A stretch of DNA of 62,628 nt, counting the filler, from Choristocarpus tenellus KU-1152 (taxonomy: Eukaryota; Protista; Phaeophyceae), in assembly GCA_964200185.2 (NCBI GenBank). It is 10 parts of 10 records of this genome, joined end to end, with 100 filler letters (N's around TTAATTAATTAA, not from the genome) between each part and the next. Parts side by side here need not be neighbours in the genome. Positions count along the whole stretch, not along the records: positions 1 to 6,361 come from CAXNAD020008302.1; positions 6,462 to 14,750 come from CAXNAD020004895.1; 8 more parts are not named here. One strand, given 5' to 3'. Positions 1-12,852 of the stretch are shown here, in pieces. The notes under the pieces are model-generated. The model saw only the letters and a list, made by a program, of their open reading frames with translations. It was not told the DNA's origin and made no database searches. Every line of letters starts with the position of its first letter. Positions within the stretch are counted from its first letter, which is position 1. A program made the position numbers and the translations under genes.

Positions 1-111
1 CGCCCCCCCCCCCGCTCTCCCCCCCCTCCCCCCCCCCCCCCCCTCCCCCCCCCTTTTTTTTTTTTCTTTTTCCCCCCCCCCCCCCCCCCCCCCCCCTCCC
101 CTTGCGCACAC

Positions 112-1699
112 CTGAATGATCTTGCTCACAACATAGTTCTTGATACCTTCCCGTTGTGCCTGTGGTAAGATCTTCCACCGGGTCTGGATAGCGCCATCCA
201 ATATCTGGAATTGGACACGGGGGGCGGGGGGGGGGGCGGGAGGGGGGAAGACACAAGGCAAAATAAGCAGAGGGGGCACTTCAACTGAAGTAACATCACC
301 TCTCTGACCATCAAGTTGTGCCATGGACACGTTAATCTTCCCAATGCCCTATCAACCACAGTACACATCACACAAACGCAAATAAGCTTGCGATAAGCTT
401 ACATCGCCTACCACACAAGAGCCATTGCTTGTGTTCCACAAGCCTTGGCAAAACTGCTCCTGTTGAGGCAACACTTCAGTACCAATAAAAACTGCTCCTG
501 TCTTTCAAAGGGTAGACCGGTTTCAAGAGGTGTAACTTTTGTTATCAAGCCGCCAGCTACCCTCCTGACGACCCTCCACAAACATGCATCCACTCACATT
601 GCCCCAAAACGACAGAAAAGTACCCCAACCCACAAAAAATCATAGCTCAAAATATGAAAAAGTTTATGGTTTGTTCAAGCTCAATCAATTGCACTCCCAC
701 ACCTCCCCTGTTGGACCCATTAAAATATGCAAGGTAATATTCCTCTACCCCCTGCCTTCCCTCCCCTCCCCTCCCCTGCATTTAGGTACAGGGCAAAAGA
801 AAGGAGTAGGGCCAGGGCAAGCAAGGCTACAAGGTAACAAGGCAAAAGAAAGAGATGAGGAGTGGCAGTGTTGTTGCCTGTTCAATACAGACTTCCATTG
901 GTCGTATGCATGGGAAATAAATTATGCTCTTTCTGGTTCAGGACGTGTTCAGTACCAAAGGTAAAAACCCGACGAAACATATTTACCCACAGAGTTCCAC
1001 TCACTCACCTCAACTACTGCTCAAGATGCACAACTTCACATCAAATGATCACTTCTTTGTACCACCCCTTGACTAACCCTAACCCTAACCCTAACCCTAA
1101 CCCAAAGTTCGCCACTTGTATGTGTCATTCACTACCACAGTCTGAATTTCCGTCAAATCTGAGCAACAGGAAACACGCCGACCTTGACGCCCCCCCTATA
1201 TCCAAAAACTACCTGAAGACCAAAGAAGCGAGTGTGCTGACTCTGTGACTGCTCAAGGATGGCGTCCGATCGAGTCCACATGTCCGGGCTCTCCTTCATT
1301 TGAACCAGCAACATGTTTGCATCATTACGCTATTGAGACAGGAGACAAGCACAAACACGAATATATTGCCACGAGTGAGGGAGGGTAGGGAGGTTCTAGA
1401 TCAATTCAATCCGAACAGTCCAGCACGTTGGGGATGGGATCCATGCAGGAGGAGAAGCGCGGTATATTTCAAATAATTCAGTAGTTGCTCATGAGATGCA
1501 TCTTACTCTACGCATCTCTCTTAAGAGGAGTGTTGGTTCAACCCTTCGTGGAAAGGACAAATACACCTACATCCTATGCTTGCTGCTGATGTCTTACCTT
1601 GGGATTGCTGGCATCGTACGCTGTGGTGATAACCTTGTCCAGGAGGGAAACATCTAGGGGCTGCGAGAAGTCCAGCAGCTTTGCCGCAGATGCGTCCAT
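112..1699 (-). CDS. XPO1: Exportin-1 (CRM1), 5' part; exons 1699-1598, 1329-1213, 204-112; runs off contig
   Basis: Spliced translation [34 protein letters not shown]|[39 protein letters not shown]|[31 protein letters not shown] matches the CRM1 N-terminal importin-beta domain (LLDFSQ.LD, W.R.D.ILE.S, GLQIL...I.TRWKILP). GT-AG introns, all phase 0. Confidence 0.95.
1074..1103. repeat. Interstitial (TAACCC)n telomere-like tract (others at 20981-21001, 21116-21136, ~39841, ~40150, 55642-55666)
   Basis: Five TAACCC units in XPO1 intron 2. Confidence 0.9.
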
Positions 1700-3514
1700 G
1701 CTCACCAAAGGATACAGTGGGGCCGGGTTGGCACCACGACCTCGGCGCCGGCCCGGCCCGGCACGCCTCTTGATTACCCAGCTGTAATGATAGCGGTCGG
1801 CGGAGGCAAAGCCAACCGAACCCAATACACTACCACTTACTTAACAGACGCCTAAGTTGCCGTGTGGTGGACAATCGAAATGTCCAATGGAGAGGGAAAT
1901 GGGGCTCGAATTGTAAGTAACAAGGATGGCTAGACCAGTGGTACCCGTGGAACCCGTGGAACAAGGATACGGTCTCATTTACAAACTGAACAGTTGATGG
2001 TAAGTCGCAATTACTCAGCACAGTGTATATGAGTGGGAAGAATACCCGATGTCTTGGTTCAGAGTTCGAATTCGCCAACGGGATAGTGCGAGGTGCCCTG
2101 TAATTCGCAGCCTTGCATTGAGTTCGTTGACTAATCGAATCAAGTCTACCCATCCCCAGAGGATTACAACCAGATGCATCATTGGCTCGTAAACATCAAT
2201 ATTCCTCGGTGCCTTGTCACCTGAAAGTGAGTGTTTTCCACCTTGTCCTTTGGACCAATCTCTCGATGTCAACGACCTCTGAACACTCACTGCTCGGGGG
2301 GGTGGTTGGGGGCGACCACCCCCGAGCCCTGTACAGGAAAGAGCTTGTGGATCAGCTGCAATAGATCCTGATGCACGAGCGTAGAATTTGCTCGGCAGTC
2401 CTGATCCAACTTGTTAGAGGTAATGGAACTTGGAGAGAGAGAGAGCCTCTGCACCTTAGCCTCTAGAAATGGTGAACCCTCTCAGAGCGGTATAATATTT
2501 CTGGTTAAAGTAACCTACCGTCACCCCGTTTTTCTCCACTAAAGTCAAAAAGTCAAAAAGAGTATATGTATATGTATGTAGGTATATAGGATACTTTTAT
2601 AGGGACAATTTACATACCAATGATACATACCGTTGTATCAATGTATTATTGTATTATGAATCAACACATGCATATATGCTATGCATACGGCAGTTGACAA
2701 CTCACTTTGAACAGGAAACAAGCATTCACTACGCAGTCCTGTGAGAGTGTGTGTATAATCATAAGCATACAAGTCGTCCAGGGTGACCTTGAGGACTGCA
2801 AAGGTCTGTAGTTGGCGTTAACCGGGATGGTGTAGCTTTTACTAGAATTGAAGTGTTGCATTATTGATTATCCCAGTTGCCTGGGACGAGGCAATCTCCA
2901 CCCCTCCCCCGCCACTGTCTACGGTCATGCGCCTTCCAGGAGTGCATCAGGGATGGGAAAAGAGGGATGGTTGTACTTCTCGACGAAGATTTTCTGCAGT
3001 GGCCCTCTCATGGATTATGCTGGGGCCTATGCTCACCAGAACATCCACCGCTTTCGGACTCTCAAGTCATGTTGTGCATTCGAGATGCATAGCGACACGA
3101 CCATTCTGCAGTTCTCGTGGACCTTATGGCGACCACGCCTCCGTCTCGCTGAAAGCAGACGTGAGAAAAAGGTGAGAGCACTGTGCGTTTTCAAGACACC
3201 CATGCTGATGCTTGATTTCTCTAACCACGAGTATGTGGAAGAGGGTTGTGACTCTCTCGTTTCCCAATGTGATTTACTCGTGGACTATTTTCTCTCGTCA
3301 TTGCGTTCGCGTCGTCTTTTGGACAGGTCCTTGCATGTTTGCATGACATCGACGTCGGTATGTGGCTCTCCTATGGATGAGGGCAGGGACAAGGGCAGGG
3401 GTGTCAGGTTTTTCTTTAGGCTCCGAGCTATCGCTGGTGATGCTGAACGAAGGACCACCAGGCTCAAGGTATTGACTGGGATTACTTTCTGTCTGCCCCA
3501 GAAACTGTGAAGTT

Positions 3515-5544
3515 TTGCCGAGATTTATTTTAAATCCTGGGCTTGTGAACATTGCCATAACCAGCATGACGACTTGGATACGTGAAGACCGTGCTGATAC
3601 TGACCTCCAAACGCGAATGACTGCCCTGATGCTGGAAGTCCAACTTGCCCCCACTATTTGCATCCCCTTATCGAAGGCCGTGCAAGCAGCTGTTAGGAAA
3701 GGTCTGCGAGCGATTAACAGGGGTGTGCGCAGGAAAGCCATTACGATCGCACTACTCATGGCCTTCACATTTCCTGGGGTTTCCGTCCCACGGTGGTCTG
3801 GTGGGGTGGGTGGTGAGGGGGCCACTGGGGCACTAAACTCTGAACCAATAATTGAGACCGTACTTTTGACCCCGAAAAAGTCGACTCCCACTGCAGAGAA
3901 GGTAGCACTTCAGAAAAGAGGAACCACGGATCGTCAGACTACAGCCCGGTCGGCATCACTTTTGACAGGTGCTGGCAGTGGGAGCACGATTAGGGCCAGT
4001 GGTAACGGTGCTGCTGAGGGTCAATTGAGGGGTATGCATTCTTCTCGCACAGCATTTGTCATGCCACGTGAGGGTGGTGTTGTTGGTATTGGACAATGGC
4101 AGGATGAAGTAAGCAGCAGAGGAATGGTGGAGACAGGGCGGCGGGCAGTGGTGGGTGGTCGGAACGTTGTGGTGGAGAGTAGGGCTTCAGATCCATTAGT
4201 CCAGCTACAGTCCCTTCTGCGATCGGTGATAGGATCTGCCCGTGAGATTGCGGATGAGTTTGGAGGGCACATTGTGGTAAGAGGGTATCAAAGCTCAGCG
4301 TCTTTTGTTGGGGGTAGGTGTTCTGTGTTGGTGATAAGGCACATGTTTATTGGGTTCAGAATGTGTGTAAGTTCTCTTCAAGGACTTCTAACGTTCTCTT
4401 ATTGTGCGATCCCTGTCCACAGGCATTACCTGGTGCATTTGAGGGTTCCTCCCTTTTTCAAAATACGCTCCATGCGTTGCAACTCTGCCATCAATCATCT
4501 CTCCTGTTTTGTTGGTAGAGCCGTTTTTTTTTTTGGCATGGTTTTTAGGAAACCCCAGGGCATCAAGGATTTGCTTCTTGGAATTAGTTTTGGTTGAGTC
4601 AGTGAGTTCGCCTCCAACGAGCCCGACACCTGAGCTGAGTCTTCCATCCGACCTTTGCCAATCCTTAGTCTGCGAACGATCCTTCTGTCCTTTCAGGGAG
4701 CTAAGCGTGACGTGCTGATCATCCTACTGGCCAACGCCTTGATCATACCGGTCTGCAAGCGCGTCAAGCTCTCGCCCATCTTAGGCTTCTTGGCCTCGGG
4801 GATCCTGCTCGGACCGAACGGCTTGAGTCTCCTCACGGATGTGAAGGCCATGGAGGTTAGACATGCGTTTTAGGTAGATAACTCGTGCGTCTGGCTACGC
4901 CTATGTTTGTTCACGTGTGTGCAGACATTGTGGACAAATATTTGTGGGCTTGCACCCGAAGGAAGTAATCGTAACTCGAAAAACGCCACCGTTGACATCC
5001 GGACGCCTAGTAGTAACACCCTGTCATTATGTAGCGGTTGGAAGCATTTTGGAAAATTCTGCGAGTTGAGGTGGTTCAGGAGGTGCAGTTTTGCAAGGAG
5101 TGAGCGTGTGAGCAAATGGGAAAGGAGGCCGGGTGGGTAGAGATGAGGGTGGAAAAGTTTTTTTTCAACTTTTTCTTTTTTCCGGTCTCCCCTTCCCCCC
5201 CTGCCGTCCCCCCCTGCTCACTTCCACTTCCACTTCAACCTTTCCAGGTCCTCGGTGAGATGGGCATCGTGTTCTTCCTTTTTGAGATGGGCTTAGAGCT
5301 TAGCCTGTCTCGCCTCAAGGCCATGAAGCGTGATGTGTTTGGTCTTGGATTGTCCCAGTTCCTCATTACCTCAGCCGGGGTAGCCGGAGTGTGCAGCCTG
5401 GCGGGGTTGGGACTGGCACAGGTTATCGTTGTTGGGGGCGGCGTAGCACTCTCCAGCAGCGCCTTCGTGCTGCAGCTGCTCCGGGACCGGGATGACTTAG
5501 GAACGCGTTATGGACGTGCCTGTTTTGGCATACTGTTGTTCCAG
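3515..5544 (+). CDS. CPA2-family K+/H+ antiporter (KEA/KefB-like, possibly plastid KEA3-type), partial; exons ~3515-4276, 4697-4855, 5248-5544
   Basis: Exons join in frame through GT-AG introns. IIPVCKRVKLSPILGFLASGILLGPNGL, LGEMGIVFFLFEMGLELSLSRLKAMKRDVFGLGLSQ and ALSSSAFVLQLL...GRACFGILLFQ are hallmark KefB/KEA transmembrane motifs. True start unresolved; 3' part lost at the gap. Confidence 0.9.
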
Positions 5545-6361
5545 GTGTGTGTGTGTGTGCACGTTATACTTTTGGGTGGCATGTGGGTACTGTGCTGGTT
5601 ACTGGTGAACTCCTGGGGTGAAGTGATGGGGGCGAGGGGGGGGGGGGGGCAGGCGGAAGGTTTTGAATCGGAAATGTAACAACTGAAGGGAGTTGTTGTG
5701 CGAAGGTGATTTGCTTCTTGTTGAAGTTATTGGTAATTGATGGTAGTTGATGGTAGTTGATGGTGTGGGTATGGTACTGCGCGAGTGTCGCGTGTTGTGA
5801 GATGTGTGGGTCAGAGAAGGGACTGTTGTGGAAGCAACCACGGCAGCGTTTGATTGTGCTGGTGTGTCTGCTGTGAGGGGAATGTAGTGTTGATATTGTT
5901 GGTGGATGTATAACACAAGAGAGGCTCCGTTGGTGTGGTGCAGGATGGCAATCGTATATATATATATATATGCATACATAGTACGTATGTATGTATTATG
6001 TGTGTATTTATGTGTGTACACAAGCTTGACTTCTTACACTAGTATGCCCTCTCCTGAGCATCAGGTCGAATAGCTGGTATTAGTTAATGGGTGCTGAACA
6101 AGAAGGAGAACGTCCCATTGTCACAGAGCATCATTCACCGGCTCTATTCTATCGGTACACTCATGTCTGTGCGTATCTTCTTTTTTTTTTCAGTACCACA
6201 GCGTGGTCCCGTTATCGACGCGCTTTCGATCTCGGGATTCAAACTGGATAAAATGTTTGTTTGTTTGTTTTTTGGGGAGGGGAGGGGGCAGAGGGGAGGG
6301 GAGGGGAGGTGAGGGGAGGGGGTTGTCCTAAGCAAAGGGACCCTACGGGGAAAGGTTGGAC

Positions 6362-6461
6362 NNNNNNNNNNNNNNNNNNNNNNNNNNNNNNNNNNNNNNN
6401 NNNNNTTAATTAATTAANNNNNNNNNNNNNNNNNNNNNNNNNNNNNNNNNNNNNNNNNNNN
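6362..6461. other. Artificial contig linker (also 14751-14850, 19346-19445, 24166-24265, 34516-34615, 37820-37919, 40588-40687, 44544-44643, 58835-58934)
   Basis: Identical 100-bp N44-TTAATTAATTAA-N44 spacers; the 12-mer places stop codons in all six frames. Confidence 0.98.
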
Positions 6462-7932
6462 CCCCCCCAGATACTTTGTGCCAACCTTTGGAGCTCTTAT
6501 ACCCTTACAATTTACAGACCGAACCACATATTTGCATAACCCTTTGCCATTGCTATGGGCCATAGGGCCCTATAATCATTAAGTGATTAGTGTCTGTACC
6601 TGAAACGTTTATATACCAATGTTTTAGCTGGGAATTAATATAGTAAACAAATTATGATCTTTTCAATTGTACTGACTCAGTCATACAGGTTATGTGGTGA
6701 ATTATTGTCGCTTTTTGAAGAAGTCTATGTAAGTATTATAGGTAAAGATTCAGAACACTCAACTTTTGCTACATTTAATGTGTTCTGTATGGTTTGCCCT
6801 GTAGCATATTCAGCATGTGTACAACCCTTGCATCTGCACTTGAATCTCCACATGAGAAGTACTTTTTTGTTTCAGTGTGCACATGTCCCCTCAGTCCCAC
6901 ATTGTGACGCCTTGAGTATCATATTTGGGACTCATGTTAGCTGTTCTACACATTTTGTGTGTGTTGAATAAAAGCTACCTTTGATTCCCCACCATGCTCT
7001 CACACTGCTTGGAAATGAGGCACTCCTCGATAGGGGCATGTTGGTAGCTGGAGTGAAATATGTCCAGAGGAAGCTAGCTGCCTGATTCACTCATGGAAAC
7101 GCTGTCAAGGACCAATATGGCTCCGACTAACCAAACATATACTCCGTACTACTACACAGTACTCTTCTGGCCCTGCTTATTTTGGACTCAATTTTACATA
7201 TATTGAGTCCTGAAGTTAGGTTGTGTGCTGCACCAGTTCAAGGCCGCTACATAACACTCCATCATGCAACAAAAGAGCCAAGCTGTTAATAGACCTTTCA
7301 ATGGTGCTACAGTGCCAACAGATTATTTCACATTCACTGCCTATTTTCTTACCTCACAGAACATGGTGCATACCAACGTAGCTTAACATTTTGGTGTTGG
7401 GTGCAACAAAACATTGCTTGGACACTAAAAGATTAATGGTCAGGAGCATTGTTATGATATTGAAAGTTAAGGGGAAAGTTATAGGGAAATGGTCGCCGAG
7501 TGGTTTACTGGACGTAATAGACAATTGGGCTCAAAGCATTGTCCCAGACAACAGACATTTCTAGTGTTGTGAATCGAAAAGGTTGTGGATATTTGTAAAA
7601 ATTTGGCTTGAAAATTTCAATATGATTGAATCGAAGTGTGTGTGCAGTGCATGAGGCAAGGGGTGTGAAGTACCAAGTGACATGAGGTGGCCAGGAGGAA
7701 ATACCAACTGCTGAAAGAATGTTTGAAGCAAATCATGCAGCATGCATATGTGTGAGAAAATATTGGACAAATTGAAATGTTTCAATGATGATAACAAATT
7801 TTTATTTTATCAGACTAATTGACTATTAAATTGTTGTGATTCAAAATACTATTATCAGATGTTGCACGAGCAATATAAATGTTGATAGATGTTCCAATAC
7901 GATGTGTGGGGTTGTTTAAAATCATGTACCAA

Positions 7933-8115
7933 GGCTCAGAGTATCCGTGGGGGGTGGGGGTGGCGGTTGTCCATTTGGAGCCCATTTTTCCATGTCGTGA
8001 TTTTTGTGTGATTTGGTGTCATGCGTCGGATGGACAATATAATTTCACTTCTCCGGGTTAGGACCCGAATGGACACCCTGGTGTAGACCCTCCCCCCCCA
8101 CAGATACTTTGAACC
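7933..8115. mobile_element. MITE family A (~180 bp, G-run TIRs)
   Basis: Ends GGCTCAGAGTATCCGTGGGGGG and CCCCCCCACAGATACTTTGAACC; subterminal TGTCCATTT/AATGGACA; reverse complement aligns along its length to 33852-34031 and 24276-24460. Confidence 0.85.
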
Positions 8116-10041
8116 CGATGTCACTCTCTGGGATTAAGGTTTACATTGATACCAATGACGTATGTTACTAGACCCAACACAAAACCACCTGGACTTGCTC
8201 GGTTCATGGCTTGGAAACCTTGTGTAAACTTGCCTTGCATCTAAGAGCTGTCAAGATTGACTTGCTTAGTGGGTAGGACCTGACTCAATTGATATCAGAC
8301 ATAACTGCTCTTCCAGTGAACTGAAATTATTATGTTGGTTCTATTGTACTGATACATGATATGCCCTGTATGGTCCGGTCACTATTAGGGATTGGTATTG
8401 AATTAGCACCTCTGGGTTTCAGTCAAGGTATTGTTTTGATATATTGCACCTTGCTAGGGTTGAGTTCAGCGCCCCCCTAAAACCCATAGCTTTGAGTGAA
8501 ATTGCCAATTCCTTGAACACAAGACTCGGACCATGTGACATTGATCTCAGAGTGGTGCCTAATTCATGCTCATGGGCAATTATTTAGACGGTGAACCCCA
8601 AACCAGTCTGTGTCCTTGCCATTTCATGAAGCATTATAGTCAAGGTCTCCATAGCAATACTGCATCCTGGACCCAACAACCCCAGCATATCCAGTGCAAC
8701 ACACCTTAAGATATGGACCGTCTCACCCAGTGCAGACAAACTCTTTGCCATCCCTGCCTCTCTCTCTTGCCCCATTCTGCTGTTTCACCATCAGGGGGCC
8801 TTCAAAGCATTGTTCATTAGCAATGATGACATGATATGGAACCTTAACAATACATTTCGAAGGTGTAATATTCTTTTGCAGTCAATGCCATCTGCAGGAT
8901 ATTCCAGAAATTCATTACAGGTCAAAATAAATATAACTCCAGTGCTTTGCAAAATAGAACACTGGAAAGAAAGGGTGCATGTGCAAACACAAGCTCATTT
9001 TCACATGTTTCTTTTTTGTTCTACTTTTGTCAATATATTATTATTATTATTAGGTTTGATTTCTCAAACCCATGGTGAAAGCAAAAAAATATCAAAGAAG
9101 AGCAAAGAAGCATCTAAGGAAACTGTAATAATGTGAGGAATAGTTCGACCATCAGGTGCACCTATCGATTCCTGAAGACAAATGTATGGAAATATTAATC
9201 CTCAGGTTGAAAACTGGCATTTTCACATGCATACCATATATTGGTTATGACGGCTTGTCACTACAATGCCTGGTTCTGGAGCTGTTGTGGTACCTCTCTA
9301 TACTTCAATATGTAGTAGTACTATATTGTAATAAAGATATGGTGTGTGAATTGAGTTATTTGGAAAAATGAAGACATCTTGGAAAGTTGTGGGTGCAGTG
9401 TCTACTGTATATATCTTTCTGTTTGGTGCAATTTGTTTTCCCTCTCACTATGCAAGGTTTGATGTTGATACGTTGTTACATTGAGCTTTGGTGGCCTCAC
9501 CAACTTATGTACAAATCCCTGCTGCACAACTTGAACCATGGAAGCGCTTGAAGCATGTTTTTTTTTTTCACACATCTCTTACAGCAGCCACCATACCATC
9601 CAAACTGAAGGCTACACAGAAAGGTGCACAGTGCCTGATGGTTGGTCTAGGATGTACATTGGCCTGATTACATTGGTGCCTTCTACAAAATATAATTATT
9701 TATTTACCAAGAAGAGTCCTCTCAAGGTTTTAATTTGTGCCCTGTTACTATGATACCTGATGCTCACCAGAGAAATATACTGATCATGCAGTGCAAGACC
9801 AAGCACTCCAGAGTACAAAAAAATGTTTTTGAATATATTTGAAGTATGTGCTGTGATGACCAAGTGTGATAATGTTGTGTCCTTTGGTGTAATGTACTCA
9901 CTACAAGTCAAAGTGTAGTGCATTTTGCATCATGCAGAACCAATGTGTTTACTTGTATATATAGTGGATAGTTATGAGAACTTAAGTCAACACTTGCACT
10001 TTTTGACCTTTCACAGCCTTCACCATCAACATGGTCAACAG

Positions 10042-12852
10042 GTAATTGGTGCTGGAGCTCTCTTCCTACGTGAGGCTTCCACCAATCCAGAGACACAAGC
10101 TGCCCTTGTGAGCCTGGCACTCCATATCTTGCGTCACCCAGACACACTGAAAGAGGTGCAAATCTTGGCCAACAAGCTTGTCAAAGTGATATTAACTGAC
10201 CCAAGTACAGTGGAACAGGTGAGGGGAGAAAAATGGAGAAGGCTTTGATGTTTGCATGACTTCAAAATTATCTTTGTTATTATGTTAGTATTATGTTAGT
10301 GACTGCATTTTTTTCCTTTCAATGCTAGTTTATCAATGAGGGTTGACAAGATCAAATCTGGATATTGAGGGAAGCGTCTCAAATTTATATTCACAAGCCA
10401 TTTTTTTGGTCTCACTATACATTATGTCTCTGGTGTCCACCACTACCTCAAACAACAATGCCAGGTGGCAGCTCTGTGTTTGGAGGCCTTGAAGGACCAG
10501 AACCTGAGGACAGGCCTAATTGAACTGATTTCTGCTTTGGGACAGGAAGAACAGGTGGGAGGATTACCTTCATAAGTCTGGACTAGGATAAACGCCAGGG
10601 CTGAGGTAGTCAATTGTACAGGAAGATGTACAGGTTTGTAGACACTATAACCACATTCAGTCTACCACTATGAGGACTCTCTCTTAAGGGGGATTGCAGT
10701 GTATGCTTGTTTAGCTAATTGGAGAGTCTCCGGGGATATTCACCCAAGACGGTCAAGAAATGACAAGACAAGGAGTGCCACACCAATGCCATAACATGTA
10801 AACCCTTCATATTAGGCCTACGGGTGGGTTGTTGGGGGCCACTGGCAGAGGGTATATCCTGGTTGAGGTCAGGGTGTATGGTGAGAGATATTTTTGGCTA
10901 CAAACTGACTTAATGGGAGACTATTTGTCAGGCAAAATATTTGAAATGCCCTACAAACTCGTAAGGGCCTAAAATGACCCCCCCTCTAAGTTAGGATGGC
11001 TCATCAGTAAGAAATCAATTTAAGTGCAGCCCATTAGAAAGGATCAGTATGCATGAAATAGTAGTTTTCAGGTGCCTACTTGCGACAAATATAAGAGATG
11101 GCCTTGGACTGCCATTCTCTCTTGCTATGTGCTCTGATTTTTGCACCTGCAGTAATCACAAATTCACCCATTTTTGTGGTTGTCAAAGTACCATTACCCA
11201 TTGACAGGATGTATCCTTCAACTACTGCACCACAAACATATGGTGGCCACTATAACTTCCGCTTTATGGGAAGATGGTGTGCGTTGGTGTTATTCTCATA
11301 TTATGCCTTGACCACTGTCAGCTCCTATTTTACCTTACTGCACTAAACATGCTTGGAACATCCCTTCCACGGTGGCATTAATCTATACAATGATTTTCTT
11401 ACCTTTTGGAAGCAATATTGATAATGGATTTGTAGCAAAATTACCATTGATTGCAATGTAGTCCTTCCTGCACCGAACTGTGGGGTGTTTATATATGTAT
11501 GAGAAGTGCTGGCATGAAAACTCTAGGATGTTAGGAATATTTTAGTCGATGCAAAACATCTATGTGTGCTAATTCTGTCTAATGTTGATCTTAATTTATA
11601 TCCGCCCTTTTCTTATTGTTCCTCATTTTTTTTCTGTATGGACATTGTTTATCCTGACAGAGCACCAAACTCATTCTCCTGAGGCTACAGGTTACCTTTC
11701 TGAAGCCTTGCTTATATTGCTCCATTTTATCACAAGTACTACCCCTCAGAGCAATCATGTGTTGCAGGAACAACCTTGGTTGATAGTTTCTCAGTATAAC
11801 AATCTAACATCCTAAGGACAAATATTCTGTGTAGTGTCGACAATGTGTTGAACTCTTGTCTTCAACTCTGGATAGGTTTTACAAGCAGTGTCTAACTTGG
11901 CCATGCGCATGATGGTTTTGGAGGATGTGCAAGAGAAGCTAGGTGAGATGATATCTTCTTCGTCCCACAAAGTCCTGAATGATGGCGAGGTTCTCCAGCA
12001 CTCAAAGATCTTCGTGGCTGAGGTAGGGGCTTGCATCAGATATTTACTCACACCTTCCATAACCCTAAGTGTGGACATGTGCTTGATATCCTTATTGTCA
12101 TAGTGGTTGTGTAGATATGATGTTGGGACTCTTTTTGATCTCTTTTGGTGAGACCATTCTGTAGGTAAAGACTCTGCCTGTATGTGTTAAATCAATGCTG
12201 TGATACAACTTGATATCAAGGTATAGATGACAAAAAGGGTGTTCAAGTTGTGCTCCAATTTATTAGGATCCAAAATTAGACCAAAAGGTTTGGTTGGTTC
12301 TGCTGAGTCTTCTATGCCTATTGAACTGAAATGATCAGCTTAGTGTTGATTGATCTGATGTGCTGGTATCTGTTACTCAGTTAATAAATATTTCAAGAAT
12401 CCCTCATGTACGCAAAAGTGGAACTTGTGTGTCAACCACCCTAGAGCGACAACTGAGGTACCTGGAAAGTAGTGTGTTACTCATTGCCGACCCTTCACTG
12501 AAGTAAACAGCACCATGCAATATTGTGAGGACTCTATTACATGTACCGTTCTCTCAGTTATATGATAAGGGATGTAACACTGGAAAAGCAGCAGATCAGT
12601 AATATTTGGGTTCCCTTCTCCACCTTTAACACCCCTACCCTTTGTCAACATCCTCACACCTCACTCATATGTCCTCCCCCACAAATGACACAGGTAATGG
12701 GAGATGATGGTGTTCAGCGAAGTGGTGGGGATGCACTTTGGAGTTCAGTGCAGTATGCACTGCAGACAAGGGTCATGAAGGCAGTGGGTTTTGGATTAGT
12801 ATGCGCATCAGTCATTGTTCTGGGTGGCGGTGGCGGTGGCAGTAGAAATTAA
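10042..12852 (+). CDS. Uncharacterised alpha-helical protein with C-terminal hydrophobic segment, 3' exons 10042-10218, 10465-10554, 11876-12022, 12694-12852
   Basis: Four exons of 59, 30, 49 and 53 codons join in frame through GT-AG introns: ...ETQAALVSLALHILRHPDTLKEVQILANKLV...SHKVLNDGEVLQHSKIFVAE|VMGDDGVQRSGGDALWSSVQYALQTRVMKAVGFGLVCASVIVLGGGGGGSRN*. Family not recognised. Confidence 0.8.

Noticed and set aside
1-100. Long C/T homopolymer tract
   Set aside because: Low-complexity contig end, probably partly sequencing noise.
2292-2345. Group II intron D5/D6-like or hammerhead-like motifs
   Set aside because: Domain order is reversed, the D5-like part does not pair, and there is no CUGANGA/GAAA core in the right geometry.
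4277-4597. C-terminal part of the 360-aa ORF
   Set aside because: Read-through into an intron; a strong GTAAGA donor at 4277 joins in frame to the KEA exon at 4697.
6406-6417. TTAATTAATTAA palindrome recurring nine times
   Set aside because: Always centred in identical N-runs; an artificial six-frame-stop linker. Gene neighbourhoods across these gaps were therefore not interpreted.
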